Shown: one piece after another, positions 48,101-57,769 of the stretch
Layout of the letters: the number at the start of each line of letters is the position of its first letter
How positions within the stretch are numbered: the stretch's first letter is position 1
NCBI GenBank assembly: GCA_002269645.1
Contig: NIVC01002029.1
Coordinates: forward strand, 1-64,000
DNA from: Macrostomum lignano
Lineage: Eukaryota
Direction: 5' to 3'
DNA length: 64,000 bases
The notes under the pieces: generated by a model
Seen by the model: the letters and a program-made list of their open reading frames with translations, nothing else
What the model was told of the DNA's origin: nothing
Database searches by the model: none
Position numbers and translations under genes: made by a program

Positions 48101-51071
48101 ATTCAGCGCCATGTGGCAAGGGCATTCTAGAGTTTCCAATCGCTATTCAACAGCCCAAGGTGGAGATTTCCTTCGCATTCTTTAGTTCTGAGCGTATAGC
48201 GTCAAGCATTTCCAACAAGCCGGCTGCAATGCAAACTGAAGCTTTTAGGACTTTTTATGATGGCTGATAAACTGCGTTCATAAACTTGTTCATAGTTTAC
48301 AATATGGCTCGCTAACAATGCCCAGGTTGCCGACTTGAAGTCCATCTGTGTTGCCGTGTCCGAGGCCTGCGCTGTGAAGCACCGGGCCCGCAGTGCGAGG
48401 AATTCTAAGCGTGAGGACTTTTTGAATGTTTTGCTTGTCAAGATTCAAATTGCTCAAACCCAGCCCTTCAAACACAGCCCTTCAAACCCAACCCCTCAAA
48501 CCCAGCCCTTCAAACACAGCCCTTCAAACACAGCCCTTCAAACCCAGCTCTTCAAACCCAGCCCTTCAAACCCAGCCCTTCAAACCCAGCCCTTCAAACC
48601 CAGCCCTTCAAACCCAGCCCTTCAAACCCAGCCCTTCAAACCCAGCTCTTCAAACCCAGCCCTTTAAACCCAACCCCTCAAACCCAACCTCTCAAACCCA
48701 ACCCCTCAAACCCAACCTCTCAAACCCAACCCCTCAAACCCAACCTCTCAAACCCAACCCCTCAAACCCAACCTCTCAAACCCAACCCCTCAAACCCAAC
48801 CTCTCAAACCCAACCCCTCAAACCCAACCTCTCAAACCCAACCCCTCAAACCCAACCCCTCAAACCCAACCCCTCAAACTCACCCCTTCAAACCCGAAAT
48901 TTCAAACCCAACCCCTCAAACCCAACCCCTCAACCACAATCCCTCAAACCCAATCTTTCAAACTCAACCCCTTAAACCCAACCCCTCAAACCCAACCCCT
49001 TGAATCCAACCCCTCAAACCCAACCCCTCAAACCCAACCCCTCAACCACAATCCCTCAAACCCAACCCCTCAAACCCAATCCCTCAAACCCAACCCCTCA
49101 AACCCAATCCCTCAAACCCAACCCCTCAAATCCAACCCCTCAAACCCAACCGCTCAAACTTATCGCTCTCAAGCCAATTCCCTCAAGCCAAAACCTCAAA
49201 ACCGCTAATGTATTTCACTGGAAGATAGACGAGAACCCGATTTGGCCTGACGAAAGAGACCCGAATCTCTTTCCAGCGAAGTCAACCACCCAATCCGCTG
49301 CTTTGGGCCGCCCTGGGCCGCCCGGACCAAAGGGCGACAAAGGCGACAAAGGCGACATGGGCGAGCGCGGTCTGCTCGGCCCCATCGGGCTGCCCGGCAA
49401 GATGGGACCCCGAGGCGTCCAAGGTCCCAAAGGCGAACCGGGCGACTCTTTCAGACCAAGTGAGCCGCCTGGGTTGTTTTTTTATCGTAAAAACTCAAAA
49501 AGAATCCTAACCAATTGATGCTCAATTTACTCGTAAAACCATCTTTAACCTATTTCAGGCAACATGAAGTGCAGAGTTGACTACCAGGGCGAGACCGTGT
49601 GCAGCTACAGGGATTCCAACAACAATCTGGTTAACATGCGGAGCCGGGGAGAGAAGCAGTGGCAGCCAGAGCCCTGGTGTACTTGTAAGTGGCATTGAGA
49701 AATACCGTGTTACTTGTATTGCGGTGGGTGTGGATTGGGGTGGGTGTGGATTGGGATGGGTGTGGATTGGGGTGGGTGTGGATTGGGGTGGGTGTGGATT
49801 GGGGTGGGTGTGGATTGGGGTGGGTGTGGATTGGGGTGGGTGTGGATTGGGGTGGGTGTTGATTGGGGTGGGCGGGAATTGGGGTGGGTGTTGATTGGGG
49901 TGGGTGTTGATTGGGGTGGGCGTGGATTGGGGTGGGTGTTGATTGGGGTGGGTGTTGATTGGGGTGGGTGTGGATTGGGGTGGGTGTGGATTGGGGTGTC
50001 TGGGTATTGGGGTGGGTGTTGACTAGGGTGGGTGTGGATTGGGGTGAGCTCTGCTGAATGCGTTTTGGGTGTAAATGGATTGGTGTCACCATGGGGTGTT
50101 ATAATACAACCCAGTATAGTATCGCATATTAATTTCTCATTAACCGCATCTGTGTTTATTCTTCCACCAATCGCAGGCCAAAAAGGCGAGCCGGGCGACC
50201 GAGGCCTGGTCGGGCTACGCGGCGAGAAAGGCGAGCCGGGGGTGTGCAACAGGGCCTGCTTTAACGGTGAGACAGGAATTTCGCTGCTTGAATTTATGGC
50301 TTTTTAAAGATTCAAGAAATCGTTGTAAGGGATTTCAAGAGACGAAATCGCATACAGGCTATTACAAACTTACAGGCTGTTACAGACTTACAGGCTATTA
50401 CAGACTTACAGGCTAGTACAGACTTACAGGCTAGTACAGACTTACAGGCTAGTACAGACTTACAGGCTATTACAGACTTACAGGCTTACAGACTCTATGG
50501 GGTTACAGACTTACAGGTTTAGACTATTGGATTTAATAATAATAAATAATTGAATACACCTGCCCTAATGGGCAGACGTGCAACCGACAGCTCAGCCGCA
50601 GCTTATTGCGCGGCGCATCTGAAGGCTGCGTACGGCTGTTCAGTCCAAGGACTGGGGGTCGCCACACACAGCCTCAATTACCCCAGCTAATGCTGGCATC
50701 CATTTTACAGCTGGGTGAACAGAAGCAATGTAGAGTTACGTGTCTTGCTCAAGGACGCAAATTGTTCCAGCGGGATCGGGAATCGAACCCCCGACCCCCG
50801 ACCTTCAAGTCGTGGTCCGATGCTCTAACCACTAGGCTAAAACCCTCTTGTATATGGGCTTACAGACTACAAGCTCTTGCAGAATTCCAGCGCTTAAAGA
50901 CAAGGAGCTCTTACAGACTACTAAAAATAGTATCTAAAATGGATTTCATGCGCTGCACTCATTGCAGAGCCACCGGTCCAGCCATCAAAGACCAACGGGT
51001 CCCCCGGGCTGACCAACTGCAGCTACGCTTCTTTGCTACTCCTCCTGCAGCTCTGCTTTTTAGCCATCTGA
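45104..51071 (+). CDS. Short membrane collagen (colmedin/MACIT-like N-terminus) with a C-terminal GPI-like signal, 297 aa
   Basis: Exons 45104-45409, 48326-48410, 49277-49459, 49559-49684, 50177-50266, 50968-51071: all GT-AG, phases 0,1,1,1,1, total 894 nt in one frame. Hydrophobic segment at aa 16-31, furin site RMRR, Cys motif [19 protein letters not shown], 16 + 7 Gly-X-Y triplets, hydrophobic C-terminus [13 protein letters not shown]. Confidence 0.85.
45451..46133. repeat. Minisatellite, 31-bp unit CCAATGAGCCCTCCTAGATTCTTAGGATACA (collagen intron 1)
   Basis: About 22 head-to-tail units with no spacers. Confidence 0.95.
46136..46176 (-). mobile_element. CORE-SINE core fragment
   Basis: GCAATGCGAAGTTAAGTGTCTTGCTCAAGGACACAAATTGT closely matches the core of the copy at 50535-50844. 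Confidence 0.7.
46465..47412. repeat. Minisatellite, 30-bp unit CAGGTAGAACAGGTGCAGTAGTGCTATGGA (collagen intron 1)
   Basis: About 31 units; explains the [10 protein letters not shown] ORFs. Confidence 0.95.
48460..49205. repeat. 14-bp C/A-rich tandem CAAACCCAACCCCT / CAAACCCAGCCCTT (collagen intron 2)
   Basis: Tandem units visible. Confidence 0.95.
49722..50046. repeat. 16-bp G-rich tandem TTGGGGTGGGTGTGGA (collagen intron 4)
   Basis: Tandem units with recurrent G3/G4 runs. Confidence 0.95.
50362..50525. repeat. 17-bp tandem TTACAGACTTACAGGCT (collagen intron 5)
   Basis: Tandem units visible. Confidence 0.85.
50535..50844 (-). mobile_element. Near full-length tRNA-derived CORE-type SINE
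   Basis: On the minus strand: A-box TAGCCTAGTGG, B-box GGTTCGATTCC, MIR-core-like GTCCTTGAGCAAGACACGTAAC...CTGTAAAATGG, and an (ATT)n-like tail. A homologous copy lies at 62254-62428. Confidence 0.85.
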
Positions 51072-51469
51072 GACAGCCGCCCCGCCTCAGCCTACCTGGG
51101 GAGCACGCCCGATGTCCCACTCGTCAAATCATCATCCTCGAGTTTGTCTAAGTTCATTTTTAGCAGTAGCAAATCAACTAAAAATAATTTGCTCTATACT
51201 CGCTACTCATGCTACTGATAGTAGAGTTAGTAGGGGGATTGTGTATCGAATAAAAAACTAAATCATAATTTTAAATGTTTTTGTTACTCTAGCATGCCTT
51301 AAGAAGCCGCGTTATCAAAGTTTTGTTGAAATTCGTATTTATTAACCAATGAATGTTTTGCATAATAAACGGCTTTATTCACATTCTAATTTTACTCAAA
51401 TTTTCACGATTGAATAAAACCAAATCAGAATGATCTATTTATATTTGTATTTGTATTAGAGTGAGTACA

Positions 51470-52090
51470 TAGAGTCACACCAGAGTCACACCAGAGTCAC
51501 ACAGAGTCACACTAGAGTCACACCAGAGTCACACAGAGTCACACCAGAGTCACACCAGAGTCACACCAGAGTCACACCAGAGTCACACCAGAGTCACACC
51601 CAAGTCACACCAGATTCACACCCAAGTTACGCCAGAGTCACACCAGAGTCACACCAGAGTCACGCTAGAGTCACACCAGAAGCACACCAGAGCCACACGA
51701 GAGTCACACCAGAGCCACACCCAAGTCACACCCAAGTCACACCCAAGTTACGCCAGAGTCACAACAGAGTCACACCAGAGTCACACCCAAGTCACACCCA
51801 AGTCACACCAGAGTCGCACCAGAGTCACACCAGAGACACACCAGAGCCACACCAGAGTCACATCAAAGCCACAACAGAGTCACACGAGAGTCACACCAGA
51901 GCCACACCAGAGCCACACCAGAGTAACACCAGAGTCACACCAGTGTCACACGAGAGTCACACCAGAGTCACAACAGTCATACCAGAGTCACTTAAGTAAC
52001 ACCAGAGTCACACCAGTGTCACACGAGAGTCACACCAGAGTCACAACAGTCACACCAGAGTCACTTAAGTCACACCAGAGTCACACCAGA
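51470..52090. repeat. 11-bp tandem GAGTCACACCA
   Basis: Tandem units visible. Confidence 0.95.
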
Positions 52091-52188
52091 GAAGATGTGA
52101 CTCCGTGGAATATTCTCTTTTAGATAATCTGATCAGAATTAATACTCCTGTTTTGCATGCACCTACGCCGTAACAGCGCGGTGCCTAT

Positions 52189-52395
52189 GGGGCCGTAGCC
52201 CAGTGGTCTAACGCGGGCCCTTTTGTGCCAGCGGCCCAGGCTCGATTCCAAGTGCAGTCAAATTAATTTGGGGACTGGATTGGACTCTCGGCTTGGCTCT
52301 GCTCGTGCAATCGAGGGCCAACCCCCCCCCCCCAAGGCACAGTGAAGTGTGCATGCCTAACGATAAATAAAGTTAGGGCTGTACACTCCTGTGTG
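52189..52395 (+). mobile_element. tRNA-derived SINE of a second family
   Basis: GGGGCCG TAGCCCAGTGG (A-box) ... GGCTCGATTCC (B-box-like). The cloverleaf is incomplete (no 3' acceptor strand), and the body is unrelated to the CORE-SINE. Confidence 0.6.
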
Positions 52396-52419
52396 AGTGT
52401 GTGCCTGTGCGTATGACCA

Positions 52420-52575
52420 AGACCAGTCACCCCGGCCAATCACCCCGGCCAGTCACCCCGGCCAGTCACCTCGGCCAGTCAACCAGTCACTCAGGCCAGT
52501 CACCCCGGCCAGTCACCTCGGCCAGTCACCCCAGCCAGTCACCTCGGCCAGTCACCCTCAGTCGGCCAGCCCGCC
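52420..52575. repeat. 13-bp tandem GCCAGTCACCCCG abutting the DEG/ENaC stop codon
   Basis: Tandem units visible. Confidence 0.9.
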
Positions 52576-55500
52576 AGCGTCAAACTTTTGAACGCGGCCA
52601 GCAGCCGTAGCTGCCGCAGTCACCGCAGCCGCAGCAGGTGGCGCCTCTCCGCTGTCGCCGGCGCCATCAGAGCAGCCAAGCAGTCTCTTAAACAGGTAAT
52701 AAATAAACTCGAGCAGCTCCACCGAAGTGATGACAGTCAGGCCTCCCCACAGAGAGAATGAGCCGCCGATCTGTGAGATCAACGCCTCCAGGGTGATCTG
52801 CAGTTTCTCCCGGGTCACCGTTCGGGCAAAATCCGGCCGGAACACCCGCAGCCGAAGGAAATTATCCCTGATAAGGTTGCCCTCCTCCGACTGCAGCAGG
52901 TCGGCGGCCTTGGCGGCCTGGCCGCTCTGCACGAGGCTGTCCAATCGGCTGTACACGCTGAACTTGCCAGCCAGCATGGAGTTGTTGCGCACCCTTAGCC
53001 TGTAGAAGTCCAGCTCGTTAGTTTTCGGCGGCCACAAAGATTGATAGGCGGTGCTTTTGAACGCCAGTGAGTGACAGGAGGCCGGGCAAGCGACGCCCGA
53101 GTCGCTGGCGATGAGGTTGCGCGGGTCCAGCTCCTGCTTCGAGGCGCAGTCGTAGCTGCGGGTAGATAGAGGCGGATCTATAGACTGACAATAGATCTGC
53201 TTGTAAATGTATATAGAAATTTACAGTATGCATCTATAGACACAAAGAGCTCAGACCTATATACAGAGCCAAATGACCAAATATAAAGACATCAAGAGAT
53301 CTAGATATATACGCCAAGAGGCCACCATAGACGCCAAGAGATTCACATGGATAGGCATTCAAAGACTCGCATCTATAGATTCCAAGAGCCACAGTGACCT
53401 ACAGGCACCTACAAATCTAAATATATAGAAACCCAGTGATCTATAGAAACCCAGTGATCTATAGACAGCCAGAGATTTATAGACACCCAGAGATCTATAG
53501 ACACTCAGATATCCTCATCTACAGTATAGACACTTAAATATTTAAAACGTTTAACAACCAGAGATTTGGATCTATAGCCACCCAGAAATCAGGTATTTTG
53601 ACGAACAGACTCAGATCTAGGTACCTAAGCAAGATCTAGAGACGCCCAGATCTCAGATCTATACAGGCCCCTAAGCGCCCAAGCCGCTGCAGTGTGATTC
53701 GGACTGCTCACGCAAAGCAGGGAATTATTAAATTAATTTCGAGTCAAAGGTTCTGAGGTCAAAATTTTCCTTTTCCAATACATCATTTTAGCCCTTAGAC
53801 AGGGAATTATCGCCTCGGATTACAACTTTTCCCTTGAGGCACTTATAGCCTAGAAATGCGTTTCACTCCTCAAAATATTGGATTTCTTTTAGGCGCATAA
53901 ATGAAATTAAATTCGTACATAGCATTATTATAAACAAATTGCAGTTATTCAGTCTTAATTCTGTTGCATCTTGTCTGTAAGTCTTCTGTACCTGTCTATA
54001 AATCTTCTGTATCTGGCTGTAAGACTTCTGTATCTGTCTATAAGTCTCCCTGTATCAGTCTGTAAGTCTCCCTGTATCATTCTGTAAGTCTACCTGTATC
54101 TGTCTGTAAGTCTACCTGTATCAGTCTGTAAGTCTCCCTGTATCTGTCTGTAAATCTCCCTGTATCTGCCTGTGAGTCTCCCTGTATCAGTCTGTAAGTC
54201 TCCCTGTATCTGTCTGTAAATCTCCCTGTATCAGTTGTAAGTCTCCCTGTATCTGTCTGTAAGTCTCCCTGTATCTGTCTGTAAGTCTCCCTGTATCTGC
54301 CTATGAGTCTCCCTGTATCTGCCTGTGAGTCTCCCTGTATCTGCCTGTAAGTCTACCTGTATCTGTCTGTAAGTCTCCCTGTATCAATCTGTAAGTCTAC
54401 CTGTATCTGTCTGTAAGTCTACCTGTATCAGTCTATAAGTCTCCCTGTATCTGTCTGTAAATCTCCCTGTATCTGCCTGTGAGTCTCCCTGTATCAGTCT
54501 GTAAGTCTCCCTGTATCTGTCTGTAAATCTCCCTGTATCAGTCTGTAAGTCTCCCTGTATCTGTCTGTAAGTCTCCCTGTATCTGTCTGTAAGTCTCCCT
54601 GTATCTGCCTATGAGTCTCCCTGTATCTGCCTGTGAGTCTCCCTGTATCTGCCTGTAAGTCTACCTGTATCTGTCTGTAAGTCTCCCTGTATCAATCTGT
54701 AAGTCTACCTGTATCAGTCTGTAAGTCTACCTGTATCTGTCTGTAAGCCTCCCTCTATCAGTCTGTAAGTCTCCCTGTATCTGCCTGTGAGTCTCCCTGT
54801 ATCTGCCTGTGAGTCTCCCTGTATCTGCCTGTGAGTCTCCCTGTATCAGTCTGTAAGTCTACCTGTATCTGTCTGTAAGTCTCCCTGTATCAGTCTGTAA
54901 GTCTACCTGTATCAGTCTGTAAGTCTCCCTGTATCAGTCTGTAAGTCTACCTGTATCTGTCTGTAAGTCTACCTGTATCAGTCTATAAGTCTACCTGTAT
55001 CTGTCTGTAAGTCTACCTGTATCTGTCTGTAAGTCTACCTGTATCAGTCTGTAAGTCTCCCTGTATCAGTCTGTAAGTCTACCTGTATCAGTCTGTAAGT
55101 CTACCTGTATCTGTCTGTAAGTCTACCTGTATCAGTCTGTAAATCTCCCTGTATCAGTCTGTAAGTCTCCCTGTATCTGCCTGTGAGTCTCCCTGTATCT
55201 GTCTGTAAGTCTACCTGTATCTGTCTATAAGCCTCCCTGTATCAGTCTGTAAGTCTCCCTGTATCTGTCTGTAAGTCTCCCTCTATCAGTCTGTAAGTCT
55301 ACCTGTATCTGTCTGTAAGTCTACCTGTATCAGTCTGTAAGTCTACCTGTATCTGTCTGTAAGTCTACCTGTATCTGTCTGTAAGTCTACCTGTATCTGT
55401 CTGTAAGTCTACCTGTATCTGTCTGTAAGTCTCCCTCTATCAGTCTGTAAGTCTACCTGTATCTGTCTGTAAGTCTACCTGTATCAGTCTGTAAGTCTAC

Positions 55501-57202
55501 CTGTATCTATCTGTAAGTCTACCTGTATCTGTCTGTAAGTCTACCTGTATCTGTCTGTAAGTCTACCTGTATCAGTCTGTAAGTCTACCTGTATCAGTCT
55601 GTAAGTCTACCTGTATCTGTCTGTAAGTCTACCTGTATCTGTCTGTAAGTCTACCTGTATCTGTCTGTAAGTCTCCCTGTATCTGTCTGTAAGTCTCCCT
55701 GTATCTGCCTGTAAGTCTACCTGTATCTGTCTGTAAGTCTCCCTGTATCTGTCTGTAAGTCTCCCTGTATCTGTCTGTAAGTCTCCCTGTATCTGTCTGT
55801 AAGTCTCCCTGTATCAGTCTGTAAGTCTCCCTGTATCTGCCTGTAAATCTCCCTGTATCAGTCTGTAAGTCTACCTGTATCTGTCTGTAAGTCTACCTGT
55901 ATCTGCCTGTAAGTCTACCTGTATCTGTCTGTAAGCGAAAACAGAGAAATTGTGTTGAGAACAATTGTGCGCCAAAGCGGTGTCTAGTAGCATTTTTTTA
56001 AATTGTAGCATCAAACTTGGGTTAAACAACAAATTTCTCCTGGCATCGCACCTGGTGAAGAAGGCGTTGAAGTTAAGCGACTGGTTGCCAACCTGGCCGC
56101 AGAAAGGCACCCCGCTGTGCTCGCTACTGAGCGGGAAGTCCGGATCAACACAGCCGCAGTGTCGCATGATGGAGTTCTGCACCTCCAGCTGGCGGCAGGT
56201 GAGACTGTCGTACTCGAACTCACGACTGTTTGCGCCTCTGTCGTCGCCGCCGCCGCCGCCGCCGCTGCCGATGTGCAGCTGGATTCGCCGCCTCTCCGTG
56301 CAGTTCTGCTTCGGCGAGTGTTTGTACTTTTCAATGCTGCGCGCTTCGACCAACTCGATGACACTCTTTGTGCCCGGCAGGACGTGGATGCCGAGCTGAC
56401 TGATCCTGGGATAGCTTCCCGCCGGGTGCACCATCACGTGGGCCCCGATGCTGTCGTCCAGGTCGAACAGAGTTGAAGAGTCGTTGCAGAGATCCTCGTC
56501 TTGACAGCTGTGCATCTGCTCCGTGTCAAGGTACAGGTCCATCTCCAGCGCCTGGGTTGTGTTGGCAATGTCGGCCGTAGGCGTCAGCATGAAGCAGGTG
56601 AAGAACTGCGGATTCGGTATGAGCAGCACGTCCGAGTCCAGGTTGCAGCTTCGCTGTTGGAGCTTCGAGTCCTTGACGTAGGTGAAGTTGCAGGTGCCAT
56701 TCAGCACGAAGTCGTGAAAAGCCAGACCGATGCGCCGGACGGTGTCCACGCCCCAGTTCTGATAGAGAAACGACTTGTCTGTCAGCGCCTTGAAGCTCTG
56801 GGAGAAGTTGGCGTCGTTTCTCAACTGGGTGAGCATGTGCAGCAGGCGGATGTCAGCGACGTTCTTTTCCGTCCGGCTGCCGAACCTGCGAATCATGTCA
56901 GTGGAGAAGGGCTGCAGGTTGCAGACGGTCACGGAGGGGAACGGCACGAGTTCAGAGTAGTGCTCAGTGGTGACTTCCAGCACGGTCTGGTAGAGGCGGT
57001 AGGTGCTGACCAAGCGCACCGTGAAGACCAGGCTGATTCCCAGGAAGCCGGACACGGAGACCAGCCACACCAGCTTCCAGCAGGCGCTGCGGCAGCGCAG
57101 AATCCTGGGCACTCCGCGGACAGACGACAGCAGGCAGAACCGGATGAGCTCGTCTTTGACCGACTCTGGCTGGCTCGATCTTTGCATGATGTCGCGGCTC
57201 AT
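52558..57202 (-). CDS. DEG/ENaC (ASIC/degenerin family) amiloride-sensitive-type cation channel subunit, 582 aa
   Basis: Exon 1 57202-56052 (donor ACCAG|GTGCGA) and exon 2 53155-52558 (acceptor CTACCCGCAG), joined in phase 2. TM1 KLVWLVSVSGFLGISLVF, FPSVTVCNLQP, GAHVMVHP, Cys-rich thumb CRQ...HCGC...CPASC, TM2 LISQIGGSFSLWGGLTVITSVELLEFIY. Confidence 0.93.
53970..55935. repeat. 22-bp minisatellite GTCTGTAAGTCTCCCTGTATCT filling the DEG/ENaC intron
   Basis: About 89 units with recurrent variants. Confidence 0.97.
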
Positions 57203-57514
57203 AGCTGCTTCTGCTACAGACAGGCAGGCAGGCAAGCAAAAGTTCCCGAAGATTGCCTGAGGATTTCCTGCCTTTAGTCCACGAATTCACCCTCCCTCTG
57301 TCCTTCTGTCCGCCAATGCGCGAGTTTCGCCGCTCACTGCTTGAACGCATCGGGGCGGAGTTGCAGTGCACTTCTGGTCTTCCGAATTGCAAATGCAGCC
57401 AGCAGGTGTTTTGTCTGGGCTGCGCTCACAAGTTTATCAAGCTGCTTTTTCATGAACTGCTGCCGGAGACCGGCAGGCAAGCAAAGTTCCGGCGAAATTC
57501 CAGCCACTCCTGTC

Positions 57515-57702
57515 TGTAGTATAGTTCAGTGCGATGTACAATATTGGCGCGCAAATATTATTAGTCACGTGTTGCAATGTATTACGTAAGACTCACGCGC
57601 ACTTACTCTTCACATATATAAATATACTTGCAGGGCAAGTCGGCCCATTTATAAGATTCTTCGTGCACTCGCAAACCCTCCGATTTTGTCTGAGTCACTA
57701 CA
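57515..57702 (+). repeat. 5' LTR
   Basis: Direct repeat of 61951-62138; contains a TATATAAATA box. Confidence 0.97.
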
Positions 57703-57769
57703 TGGCGTCGCAAGCAAACTATTGACTGATCATCACTCTCTAACCCAGCGCGGTTCCAGCCACACAAAC

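Noticed and set aside
52189-52262. Intact tRNA gene
   Set aside because: No 3' acceptor strand and an oversized anticodon loop; treated as a SINE head.
34689-55961. Identical 15-mer AGAGAAATTGTGTTG at the right edge of two different tandem arrays
   Set aside because: A few 15-mer matches are expected by chance in 64 kb.
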